Origin: Antedon mediterranea
Lineage: Eukaryota; Animalia; Echinodermata
Assembly (NCBI RefSeq): GCF_964355755.1
Contig: NC_092673.1
Coordinates: 30,625,648-30,689,647, forward strand
Direction: 5' to 3'
Length of the DNA stretch: 64,000 nt
Notes under the pieces: generated by a model
The model's input: only the letters and a program-made list of their open reading frames with translations
What the model was told of the DNA's origin: nothing
The model's database searches: none
Translations under genes and position numbers: made by a program
In this document: positions 50,035 through 62,556 of the stretch, in pieces
Layout of the letters: every line of letters begins with the position of its first letter
Numbering within the stretch: the first letter of the stretch is position 1

Positions 50035-50705
50035 ATTAAACTCGGAAAGAAAATAAAGATATTTCTTTAATAAATAATTCTAAACACAGTCTAAAAATGG
50101 GGTAATATAATTTTAAATGCATATTGCATTGGTTTCTCATAATCCCCTCTGTCAAAAAGAGGGGAAAGGTCACCCATAAGGTTAACATACTTCCCTGACG
50201 AATGAGGTTTATATAACTCGGAAAGAAAAGATATTTCTTAAATATATACATAATTGTATACACAGTGCAGTCCAAAAATGGGGTAGTTTAATTTAAGTCA
50301 AATGGAGGTGAAGGGTCACCCATAAGGTTACACATACTTCCATGACGACTGAGGGGTATACAAATGGAAAAGTAAAGATAGATATTTCTTAAATATATAA
50401 ATAATGTTATACAAAATGCAGTCCAAAAATTGGGTAGTTTAATCTAAGTGCATTTTGCATTGGTTTCTCATAATCGCGTATATAACATGTCAAATATTAC
50501 GTACACATACTTCCCTGACGAGTAAGGTTGATATAACTCGATAAGAAAATATAGATATTTTTTAAATATATAAATAATTTTATAGACAGTGCAGTCCAAA
50601 ATTAAGTGGATATTTCATTGGTTTCTCATAATCGCGTATATGACATGTCAAATAGAGGGGAATGGTTACCCATAAGATTACACATACTTCCCTGACGACT
50701 GAGGT
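50035..50705 (-). repeat. Tandem amplification (~4 x 150-180 bp) of the CDS end and proximal 3' UTR of the MS4A-like gene
   Basis: CATACTTCC(C/A)TGACGA occurs at ~50186, 50333, 50506 and 50683, each with GCAGTCCAAAA- and GATATTT-type blocks. Confidence 0.85.
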
Positions 50706-53700
50706 CAGGCGGCATTGGACTTTCAAAATCAGTCATCAGCGGCTTTACTGCCTGAACGTTAGGTTTAAACATCTGCTGCTGGAAAGTACACGGCATCAAT
50801 GAATTGGCCCGATACGCTGAAACGATCGTGTTATCGTTTTCGTCAAATATGATGCATTTTGGCGGTTCGGGCGGACGAGCGATGATGATTTCCGGTACAA
50901 GGCATTTCCGCAGATTTCTTTCTTTATTCTTTTTATTTGCCGGTTGGTCTTGGAAACGGGGCGGAGCTGGAATCAATTCATCGTTTAAAACTTTATTATT
51001 ATTTTTATTATTAGGAAATGAACTTAACTTTACGCACGTTGGTGGTGACGGCCATTTTGATGGTGAGTGATCAGCCCTTCCCCAGTCGGTAGTGTTTAAT
51101 CCAGTTTCACCGACGATTGCTTCCGTAGATAGACTATCTCTCCTTTTTGATGAATCCGATATGATCGAGATGACACTCGGTGGCCTAGTGGAAGGGTGAA
51201 ACAGCACTTGGTCGTATCTGAGGCTAGGGTTTGGCGGTATTAAGGTCTTTTCCTCGTGTGGCAAATAATCTTGGATTGCTACTTCTTGTTTCAATGTCGG
51301 CTCGTTTGTCTGATGTTTCGTCAATGGCTCGTTTGTCTGATGTTTCGTCAATGGCTGTTGACGAGCCAATCTCTTGTCCATGAATCGGTTCTGCATAGAT
51401 TCCTGTGACGTCACCATTGTGTCATCTGAACAGGTTGCAGCAGACAAGTTCAGTACAGGTAGTAGTGTCGTTTCTTGCGTGTTCTAAAAAAATTAATGGA
51501 GAGGAAAATTATTACTATGAGACGCAACGTACTCCGATAGTGTAGACAGAGCTTTATACAAACATACGTTCACACAAATACACTTTGTAATATAAAAGGA
51601 GAAGTTATTAGTTAAACTATTATATTTAAAAAAAAGGTAATATTTACTGGTGAAGACAATTCTGTTCTCAACGATTTACTATTGGATCCCTCGTGAAACA
51701 CCCAGCTACCAGGGCTAACGTTCACTCGAATTCCCGCAATCTGCCGTGTTATTTCGCCAGTAGCATCGTCATAAATGGGGCTCTGAAAGTAAGGTTAAAA
51801 CAAAGCTAGTACTATTTATACTACACAAACACATACATAAGGATCTACTACTATAATAGTGTTTTCCTTTTTGTTACAAATGCTATATAGAGAATTTAGT
51901 TTTAGTTTGTTTGGTTTTAGTAACTTTTCGTACATATTTCAATAGTTGTAAAGCATTGTGTGTCAAAAAATGGTAGTGATATGACGTCTTCGTGTCCATA
52001 TATGGGCACATCACATTTTTTTTGTCACATAAAGTTCGATAGTGTAGACAGAGCTTTATAGACCAAGTAAGTTTGAACAAAATAAGTATATAGGTGGCGC
52101 TTTCATACAACTTTTATACTGTTAAAATAGCTTACCATTTTCCTCTCCGATGATTGGTGGATACGCTCTAAATCAGCCATATAGTGTTTCAATCTTGAAC
52201 GAATCCGATTGGTTATTACAACGGTATACAATATACCGAAGATTGAGGAAACAAGACCGATTACAGTACCAACTAACGTCAATAAATATGCTAAAACAAG
52301 ACAAAATATTAACACAATTTGTTTTGTGCTTGAAAAATAAAATATATCATTTTTATTTGAAATCTCTTTAAAAACATACAGTACACAAAAAACAACAACA
52401 AAACAAGTCTTCTCGGATAAGGACTATAAACTGTAGGTCCAGTGTACACAACTTGCTCGTGTGCACTTTAAAGAACCTAGTACATCTTTCGAGACGAGTA
52501 GGGGGTTACCCCGGTGTATTAGTACATCACAGCCACTGATCACCAACTGGACCCTCTGGGAGACCAGTCTTTGACTGAAGAGGTTACCCAGTATAAATAT
52601 ATATTTCAACCAACCAAGACAATACACAGAATGTTTGTAAAGGGAGTCCCACAACGAAAATTTAAGTACAAAAGAAAACAAAATTATTAACAATATTAAA
52701 CGTATAATGCTGCTGTGCGAAAATACAGTCGATCACGCAGATATGTAAACGTGTATAAAAAGTGGAAGAAAGGCCATGCGAAGAACATGAACATTTAGTT
52801 TAGTCAATCAAAGATAAAATATAAAATATTCGAATACGCTTAGTCCTATACAGTAGGCTTACTGTTAGTAATCCTTTGCAGTGCAACATTATAGGCCTAG
52901 GGCCTACAACAGACGAAAATAAACAGCAGTGATATTAAATTCAAAGTAACCTACCCAAAAATTTGAATTTCCAGTATTTTACTGTACGCCTTTTTTTGTG
53001 GTAAATCGAATAGCCTAAACTGAATTAGAGCGTGTATAACCACTAACACCGTGGAATATACCTATAGAAGTGGAACCACATACCTATGTAGATAACGTTG
53101 TTATCTTCGATCAAATCTTCATTTTTACCAGTGAAGTATTCCCATTCCACGCATTTCAGTATTGGGATATTGGCGATGCAAACAGCACAGACAAGAATTT
53201 GCATAATCAGGATGACAGCCACCTGTAATAAATAGTAATCAAAACTCGGCAAATAACTTGTAGAAACGCACATGCGCGAACATAAGTCTAATAAATGTGT
53301 TCTATGTAGACCTACACCTCCTGTATGTATACAAATAATTCAAAATTACTATTGGGTACGTTCAAAAAGGTAAACCCACTTACCTTTAATTTATTAATAT
53401 ATTCCATGCACCGACAGAGACCCAGAATATACAGTCCAATGGCAAATACCTTTTTCAATTTAAAAAAAAAACCCTACATAGATTCATTTATAAATTTTCT
53501 TAATAGTACATAGATATTATTATAGAGCCATGAAGATGTTATAATTACAGTTTGCTAATTGTTTTAAATCCAAGTTCCGTCAAAAATGTAAAATTTAACT
53601 TTACGACAAAGAGTCAATCGATTTTATATTTTGTTTTCGATCTGTGTTGTATTTGTTATCTATGTGTTATATGGCAATACTGTAACGTACGATGAGAGTC

Positions 53701-53903
53701 AATAAAGAAATGAATTAAACATCACATACCAGTATTCCACCCCAGATCACAGAGCCCGTTTTAAACAACGGGTACTCGAGCACCACTCGTATGCCAGGAG
53801 AAGCCATCAAAGCTCCAGCCACCACGTACGAAAAGGCAAAGCAGGCTAGTCCGCATATTGTCCAATCCCGGGAGTGGTTTTCCCGCTTTTTGGTTTTAGC
53901 CAT
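50626..53903 (-). CDS. CD20/MS4A-like four-transmembrane protein with long Pro-rich cytoplasmic tail (~508 aa)
   Basis: Exons (-): 53903-53730, 53449-53384, 53222-53084, 52290-52136, 51782-51648, 51483-50626; all GT-AG and in frame. Four hydrophobic segments; GSVIWGGILVFAIG resembles the CD20-family G.P.WGG motif; the tail ends SYTRL. Confidence 0.75.
51958..52057. mobile_element. MITE family A partial copy
   Basis: GTCCATATATGGGCACATCAC...GATAGTGTAGACAGAGCTTT. Confidence 0.8.
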
Positions 53904-54055
53904 GGTCCATACGAAATATCTAGCCCTATTTAATCCTCAAATATCTATAGGCTAGTCACATAACATGTCACATCAGATAAACCTTAATTTTTCCAATCGT
54001 CTTCGAATATCGCGCGCCGCTGTGAATGTGACGGTACAACGGACATCTACTGAAT

Positions 54056-54076
54056 ATGCAAATTAGTAATTTGCAT
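54056..54076. promoter_or_regulatory. Inverted pair of octamer motifs upstream of the MS4A-like gene
   Basis: ATGCAAAT-TAGTA-ATTTGCAT about 150 bp upstream of the ATG. Confidence 0.4.
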
Positions 54077-55691
54077 ATACATGCCGACAACATTCTAAAA
54101 TAGAAACAAGAACCTGGTTTTCTCTTGTCGTTTTCTCGTTTATATTTAAATACAACCTGAGAATATTATCAACAATATACACTCTAACGACACAACTTCG
54201 AATAATATAAAATTTATTGTTTATTACGACTTAAATCAGTCCAATGAATAATTTCATTAAACAATTATAATCAAATTCACAAAAAAAAAGTTGTTTTGAG
54301 AAAAAATACCTTTTCTGAGTAATACATTCTGTTATGACGTCATGAATATTAATGATGTCATTGCAAACTATCGTTCAAAATGCGTGGCTATTGCTACATT
54401 TACGTTTCTTGAGGGACTGCGACACGGAAATGTTTTTGGTAAGTTTACGTTAAAATTATTGGCGCAATATTGACGAATCGAATGTTTACACGTTTCAGCA
54501 CACCGCAATTAGCAAAATACGAAAGTTTTGTGTGGACCACGTGTACGATGAACGCGCAGACGACGCGCTCGTCACCCCAAAATACGCAAAACTTTGCAAT
54601 GTAGACAAAATACTTGTGCCACAATCTTGGTTAGTTGTTTTACCAACCATACTATTCAATATTTTTAAAATATCCTTCCTGAAACATTTTCTGCTTGAAT
54701 AAAACACTTTTCATGTCATGGTGCGTGCCATGACGACTTTTACTCAACAACATGTGAACTATTATAATTAGTGTAGAAGTAACCTTCCGGTACCACACAA
54801 CAAAGTGCATACCTCTAAAATGATTTTTTTTTTCGTACATAAGTTGGGGACCCCTTATGTGAAAGATAGCCGAATTACTTCCTAAAAACAACCTAACCTT
54901 CTAAATAATCTCTCTCCACTTTAAAGTAAAAAGAAGTTGCTCATGGTATTCAAACCCCACTCGACTACACAGCAGACGGCTCGACACAAAACATTTGTAG
55001 TTAGATCAATTCTTACGTCACACCTTATGGATATGACTAATATTCATGTTTATTTTGTGACGTTTCATGAGGGTCCCCAAAGAAGTACGAAAGGAAATAT
55101 CGCTCCCCGGCCCTGAATATGGGTTGGTCGTAATGTTAAAACATAGACTATTGCCCCTCATTTGTTTTAATGTGTCCACTTAATAGGCATTTCCATGTAC
55201 ATTATTATAGCATGAAGAATTAACTTAATTCTCCATGATTACAGTAACGTGAAATCCGGTTCTCAAAAAAGCTTTGCGCGACGCAACTATGCGTAGACGC
55301 AACGCAATTGAGTTTACCAATCACAAGCGACAGTTCGGGTGATCCATCGCGTCGCGATTAGTCAGGTTTGCGTGCGCTAACGTCCTTGCGCTGCGTCATG
55401 GTGAGAACCAATTAGACGCGAATGCAGCCTAAAACTCGACACAAATACGAATTTGTTCTGGTAACCGAAATCATTTCAGGTGGTATAAAATCACACACAT
55501 TTCGTCCATCATATAAGAGTAAACATTAATGTTCATTTTAACATACACAATTATGAGTCCATTAGGCCTACACTACGTTGGGATAAAACAATTGGATTAA
55601 AAAAGCAAAACCATCCCATTCAATGAATTATAGAAATAGTGTTAAATGAAATCGCTGCAGAACAAATTTTCTTATAGCAACGGCTGAGGTG

Positions 55692-55912
55692 GTTATTCCA
55701 AGGCAATCTAACAACAGGATGCTGAGCTCCGGAGATCAAAGGGTGTACCTGTGGCTGCGACACGATCAGTTCCACGCTTTAACAGACACTGCGCATATGT
55801 ACATAGTACAATACTGTTGGTATTTGCCGCAGCCAGACATACGATCAAAGTACAAGGTTCCTATCTTGGCAAGGCGAGCTAAGTGTCCTGCTGTTTAATT
55901 GCCTTGGTTACT
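55692..55912. mobile_element. Foldback MITE family C
   Basis: TIRs CCAAGGCAATCTAACAACAGGATGCTGAGCTC / GAGCTAAGTGTCCTGCTGTTTAATTGCCTTGG, with an inner inverted repeat TGGCTGCG...CGCAGCCA. Confidence 0.75.
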
Positions 55913-56208
55913 CTACCTTAGGAACCCCATAGCTACAAGCATTCTATTTTATACATAATGAACCTAATGATAACAATAGCAATCCCTGATTACAAGTAGG
56001 CCTACAGTACTGATGATGATACACGGAAAATGAATGTTCCCTTTGGTATTCAAAGCAGCACCTTGCATAATGTAAATTCAATTTAACATAAATGAGTTTT
56101 GGTCTCGCACAAATTATGCCTATAGACTCAATGATTAAAGACTCTGAATGAACGGTATGCTGAGATTTAACGTTCATTTAATTACATAAATATGGCGTTG
56201 TATCTATA

Positions 56209-56591
56209 TAGCTTGGTTCCCACTAGGACCCATCGCAAGGACGTAAGTACGCCGTAAAGCTTAGTTTCCATTTGAACGCAACGACGTAAGCTCAACGCAA
56301 GTGAGTTGAAGAATCACAAGCGGGTAGTTCGGATGGTCCATTAGGTTTTGATTGGTCAAATTTCTTATGTTGTGTAAAAATTGGTTTACACTAGGACCCA
56401 AACGCAAAGACGTAAGTCGCAACGCAAGTGAATTGACCAATCAAAAGTGATGGATTATTCGAACAGTCGCTTGTAATTGGTCAATTCGCTTACGTTGCGA
56501 CTTACGTTCTTGCGTTTGATTCTATTGGGAACCAAGCTTTATTACTTGCGTTCTTACGTCCTTGGGTTGTATCCTAGTGGGAACCAAGCTT
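56209..56591. mobile_element. Nested MITE family B copies
   Basis: Outer AGCTTGGTTCCCACTAGGA...TCCTAGTGGGAACCAAGCT encloses further family-B termini at ~56256 and 56381-56540. Confidence 0.8.
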
Positions 56592-57310
56592 CTGGCATTG
56601 TCCCTATATAGGTGGCGTTTATATGATGTCTCTAATTACAGACAAGATTGTTTGATTTTTTCCGAGATGGCAGAGTTTCAATTGGTTTTTATAACTTGAC
56701 GGAGTCATAAAAATCAATTCAGAAAAATAACAATTTAAGTTTGTAAAATTTAAGATTGTAAAAATGCTTTCTACAATTTCAAATCAGTATCTATCTATAC
56801 AGTTATGCAATTGATATTTAGTTATGAGTTTTGCTATCACCTTAGAGGGGAAAGGACTATGTCGATTTATCCAGGTAAGTTAGGCACGAACTAGACACTA
56901 CCATACCCATATATTAGTGTTTTCTTTCTTTTATAAATTATATAATATATATGTAATATGATACATAGTATATAATATATAGAAAATATATAATACATTT
57001 GTGTAACTAAGGTATTGTTACATCAAATGAGAATAAAAACTCCCTCTATTGGCTAGTCAAATTATCAGCCTCAATATCTTATTGGAGTAAACAATTAAAA
57101 CAATCAGACTCTTTGCAAATATCAATTCACCATTGTGAAAAAAAAAACAAGCTTACACGATTCCTTTAAATCTAGCATTTCAAATGCTACCTATACCCAT
57201 AAAGATAATTATTATATTTTACTATAATATCTCTATGCTATACCAAGATGCCAAGAATTTGTGACCTTCAAAAACCAAGTTTTGTAGACTAATAAAAGCT
57301 ATAGTGTTAA

Positions 57311-57511
57311 TACCTGTTTTCCACTAGGATTTCCATTTCCATAATTTTTCTGCGACGTTTTTTTCGCTTTTTTTTATTATAGTAGTTTAAATAGTTTCTA
57401 CTTTTTGCAAAGCAAAAGGTATTTGTGCTGTAGTGGAAAGGGTAGCTTAATTTTGTTTCAGCGAAAACATTGCATTCGCATGACTAATTGCCTAATGGAA
57501 AACAGGCTTAA
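57311..57511. mobile_element. Palindromic MITE (TIR CCTGTTTTCCACTAGG)
   Basis: CCTGTTTTCCACTAGG ... CCTAATGGAAAACAGG. Confidence 0.65.
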
Positions 57512-57934
57512 AAAATTCTAAAAAAATTACATGTTTCACTTATGATGTCATTAACAAACTGCAATAACATCTAAAAGGTCATTGTTTTGTAATTAGTACA
57601 ATAAAAATTCACTGGTTATTCTAGGCATCTTTTCCATCTGAAAATTCAAAATCACCATTTAAAAAAATTTCATTCACTATCTTTCATAAAAAAACATCAA
57701 AAACGTTTCATTTCATTCGTTCAAATTTTAAAAAACTCATCTTATTGGTTAAAATCTTCGTCATTAACCTTAGAACAACAATCCAGAGTCGAAGTCTCAG
57801 TCATCTGATGGACTAGTATTTTGTCTAGGCCGCTTTGTTATACCAATCACCTAGTATTTAGCCTATGTAGCCTCAGTCTTGCTCCTGTGTATCTGTGGGT
57901 AGCCTAAGCAACCTCAATTAGGTCTACATTGAGA

Positions 57935-60900
57935 CTACTGCGACTTACTCTTTCTGTTCCTTTGTCTAAAAAAATAGTAAAAAACAATCATTAGCTCAAA
58001 TAAAACATTTTTTGTTAAAGTCTTAAGTTACACAAAATTACAATTAGGTGAACTGGAAGATAATCATTAATAAAACATTTCTTTAACATTTTTCTTTTAA
58101 AATGTCTTAAAATACTGAACAACTAAATTGCAATAATTTTTCTATGGAACTGTACACCTGATGACCTCTTGCAACAAGTGCCCATGTCACATCCTTAGAC
58201 TAGTGAAAGATTCCTCAGCATGAAATACCATAAGGGGCATAACTAACATTTGGTGGCCTAACAGGATCACTAAAACATGGTCGATGAAACATGTTTTCTC
58301 AGACACAAATTGCGCTTAAAAATTTAACTTAATTGACAATAGCTAAATGAAACATTATATAAACACAAACTACGTCACCTGGCTTCTGTTCTTGCAGTGG
58401 TGTATTCAAACCACAAAATATTTGGAATTAAAGTAGAGTCACGAATCATAAAGTATTCTGACACGCCCCATGATGCAATCCACGGGAAAAATGGAGTAAA
58501 TACAAGCTGAAAGATGTAATTGTAAATGTTAAAATAGTGATAATCAATTATTAGTTACTGTGAACAACATACTGATAAAACACTGTACTCGTTTAGCTCT
58601 GTCTACAATATCAAACTTTATGTGACGAAAAATGTGATGTGCCCATATATGACATGATGATCACTACCATATTTGGGCATATCAATACAGTATTTAGGCA
58701 CATCAAACTTCTTTTTGTCAAACTAGTTTGATAGTGCAAACAGAGCTTTCTTTTTCATGACATACCACATGACCATACAGATATGCGGTGCATGCATTGT
58801 TAATATGTTTTTGCGTATGAGAAAAGCTGTGACAGGTTTTCATGAAAATGAAAGTCTGCTACAATCTGTGGTGGAGTAGGGAAGAAATCAAGGATGGGAA
58901 TGGAAGGGATATGCCCAGCAAGACTCCTGATATAGTAATCCTTCCTACCAGGAGTATCAATTTATTTTACTAATTTATTATAAACAATATCATACTTTCT
59001 TCTATTTAGTCAATGGTGCAGATATAGGTTAAATATGTTTTTTGTTGCATAGAAACTTACTTGTGTTAAAACAAACCATGGAATAGCAAGTATTATACCA
59101 AGTAAAGCACCGCATAGCACCTGAGATGTAGTATGGTATTGAAGATAAACACTAGAGAAGACAAAAATACAAAATTAAAATAATAACTATATTTCACTAT
59201 ACTGTATGTGATTTGTGTCAAATAATGCTTTAGTATTTTTACAAATTACATTACTTTACTATAGATGCATAAACATACAGATTTCAACAGTAATTTATAT
59301 TATAATTTATTTTAAACTGTTTCACATTTTATTAATTATTTAAGATTCTACTCGGTACAAAATAAATTTTAAAACTAATTTTGACAATAAAGTTGACTTC
59401 TATCTTACAACATACATTAAACTCATAAAACTCAATGAAAACAAATTACTATATTATAATATTTATATACCGTACAATATATTTTTGAGGATGATTTACT
59501 TTATTGTTTTGATTTAGCTTTTTGCATATTTTATATTGTATCTCCATTGAGATCCTGCCACTGATACGCACAGCTTTTCCATTATTTTCAGTAATTTGCC
59601 TTTTATATATATTCACATATATTTTTTACTTACCGACTATATGATACAATAACAGCAAGAAAAACAACTCCCACACCAATTATAATTCTCCATATATTAT
59701 CAATGAAAGAGTATGAAGATGGTTGGTGAAGTCTAAAGAGGTTGAGATAATAAATGGTAATTGATTCTGTAAGTATTATAATGCACTTTCTACAGTTAAA
59801 TTCAATTAAAGATTTGTGGAGCAGTATGTTGGACGTTGAACTAATAACTGATTTCATCGTGGGTTGAAATCCAACGCTCGTCGCATTGCTTGTACAGTAT
59901 CCTTAAGCAAGACACTTGCGTTGCCTCTATCCACCCATGTGTACAAATGGGTACCTGGTAATGTCAAGACACAGCTTTGTGCTGGTTACTACTAGCTACA
60001 TTGTAGGAGTATGTTTTCATACGTTTTTTATCCAAAAATTACGAGGGTAATAATATGTACATTACGCACTTTATAAATCTGGGATATATATATCTCGGTA
60101 TCTTTAGTCAATAAATAAAACAATGATATATAAAAATACCAAGGCAGCACAAGTAATAATATTATTATTAAGTGTCTTACAGATGATTAAGAGCCTTACC
60201 TGATACATATGAAAAGGACAACATAGATGGCAAAAAAGGCCATAAACTGTGCATGACTAGAAGGCATACCATATTCTCCAAACCCTTCGTGACCTAACAA
60301 AGTAAAAAAGAACACACGCTTGTAAATTGTGTTCTAACAATCCTACCATATATGGTTAAGGTGATGAATGCTAATAATACATGATAAATCTTTTATTTTA
60401 TCAGTCGTTACTTAATTACTATTATATTTAAATATTTTTCATAATGTTATAAACCTTTTCATTATTTCATTGTGCAATTTGCGATTGGACCGTTCTAGAG
60501 GTGTTTACCACCTGTTGGTCCTACCCTTCACTGAATTTTACTCTTTTTATATGTTATGTCTTTTTCTTTCTATGTATGTACATTTTTGTGAAAATTTGAA
60601 TAAAAAAAAATAAATAAAAAAAGTTGTTGAATGCTAATTATACATTAACTTGACTTTTTATGCTTTTGTGTTTTAAAAAAAAAAATTTTATTAGTGTATA
60701 ATGTACATTAATTTTTAATTTTTTATATTTGTAAAATTGTACTCATTTCAGCCTTTGGCTGCCTGAATGATTTCTTTGGATGAATAAATTAAACCTTGAA
60801 TATAAATATAAATGTACTAATGATTCTTGAATGAGTCTTCAGTTACAGTCAATGATCAAACATGTCTAATGTGAATGAATAGTATTTTATTTACAATTAA

Positions 60901-62556
60901 AATATTAAAATACTATTACTAACCTCGTACAGGTCTTGGTTCCTTTATGATATGCTTTGCAATCCAATTTATTCCTTCATTCAGCACCAAACCAGTCAGG
61001 AAAGTAATCTAAATTAACAACAAATTGATAGTTAATGTTCTAGACAACATTAAAGCCTAGCACACTAGAAAACATTCACCAAGTTTGCCACTGTTTGAAA
61101 CAGATTGTGGTGTCTTTCTGACCTAGGCTACTAGATGCACTGTGCCTTCAAACATTTTAATAATTATAATAATACTATATTTATTTGGGACTTAATTAAA
61201 GAAATATGTGATTAAAACTTACTGTATGTAGTTCTCTTCTAAACAATAGAATTGCACAAAAACCCACTAACATAAATACTGGAGTTAAACTGAAATAGGC
61301 CAGCAGTTTTCCAATGAGATCACCTTAAAGAAAAAAATAATAATAAAGTTATGAGTTTTAATAAATTCTGATTACAGATTTGGAATCCTCCTTGAATGGC
61401 CATTAATTTGCTACTTTTTTCATTAAAATCAAACTAGTAGTTTTGAAAATATTCACGTTTTAAAATTGACAATCTTGCAAGATTTTGCTCTTTTTCGCAA
61501 TTTTCGGCCATTTGAATTGCCCGTAACTTTTCAACGGTTTGTCCGATTTAAACAAAATTTGAAATTTTGAATTTTTTCATAGTGATTACCATATATTTCA
61601 AATTTGATCAAAATCTGAGATGGTGAGGTATGTATAAATTTTTTTTTTTTTGGGTGATTTGACATGGAATGACCCTAAAACAATGTAACTTTACAATAGA
61701 ACTAGACTGTCCTAGTTAGGGAAGCCTAAACTTTTAAATTAAAAAATTTTACGTCAAAACATGTTTTTGTAAAATTGATTCACATGGAAAAGAAATCTCA
61801 ACAGAGTTTCATTTTTCACCACAAATCTGACAGTATTTATTTCTTTAACAAAGATGAACTTTTTTTATGCACGGCCAAATTTTTCATGGATAATGAACAA
61901 TATCTACTTTTATTACATACAGCAGAAAGAACACGTTTGTTTATTTATGAAACATGAAAGTTGTTGAGCTGACTCTTTTGGGGCACTTAATTCAGCATCA
62001 TAAAATCACATGTTTATAACAAAAATACCACACAAAAAACAGTAAAGAATAGCATGTCTCATGACCTACTTATTTCATGTGTTCTCTCATTCATTCATTT
62101 ATTAATATAATTTTGATATTACAAAATTAATCTTGTGTTTTACTGTTTAAATTAATTAATAATTTAATAATATAGTTAGGGCCTAGGCCTAGCTAGCTAA
62201 TTAAGCCTTAATTTAACTAAGCTAGGCCTACAATACAACAATAACAAACAGCGCAGACTAGGCCTACATATTCATGGAGAAATAATATTTCTCAACATTA
62301 TTCTCCCTTGACATAATATTAATAATATGCAATCAATGCTTTTTTGCTGTGACCAACGGGTCGAATTGACCTGGCACTGCACTGATAGACCCAGACATCC
62401 GTATTCTGCCTATTGTCTCTGCTTTAATTGGTAATTATGGTAGGCCTTCGTCGGGTTGGCCCTTTAATGTAGATTTCACCTATTATTGAGCTTACCTTGC
62501 TGGTACTGAACAAAAGTAAGTGAGACTGGTTTCCAAATAACACTATCTTCAGCCAT
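57935..62556 (-). CDS. DOLPP1: Dolichyldiphosphatase 1 (PAP2 family), 229 aa
   Basis: Exons (-): 62556-62496, 61323-61223, 61008-60924, 60293-60200, 59732-59634, 59151-59061, 58506-58379, 57965-57935. Motifs [39 protein letters not shown]; C-terminal KSKSQ fits the KxKxx ER-retrieval motif. Confidence 0.96.
58595..58749. mobile_element. MITE family A copy (DOLPP1 intron)
   Basis: AGCTCTGTCTACAATATCAAAC ... GTTTGATAGTGCAAACAGAGCTTT. Confidence 0.85.
59859..60060 (+). mobile_element. SINE fragment with a conserved deuterostome-type central domain
   Basis: B-box-like GGTTGAAATCC, then TCCTTAAGCAAGACACTT...TGCCTCTATCCACCCATGTGTACAAATGGGTACC. Confidence 0.6.
61380..61676. mobile_element. DNA transposon terminal fragment
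   Basis: Ends GGGTGATTTGACATGGAATGACCC, a TIR-like terminus, with internal CCCGTAACTTTTCAACGGTTTGTCCGATT typical of transposon subterminal sequence. Confidence 0.45.

Noticed and set aside
52863-52903. Possible 41-nt cassette exon in the MS4A-like gene
   Set aside because: It has AG/GT ends, but inclusion shifts the frame relative to the 52290 acceptor and it is not needed for the model.
58376-58379. Apparent early TGA stop (or selenocysteine) after ...RTEAR in DOLPP1
   Set aside because: The TGA is part of the donor AG|GTGA. Splicing to 57965 restores the conserved basic C-terminus.
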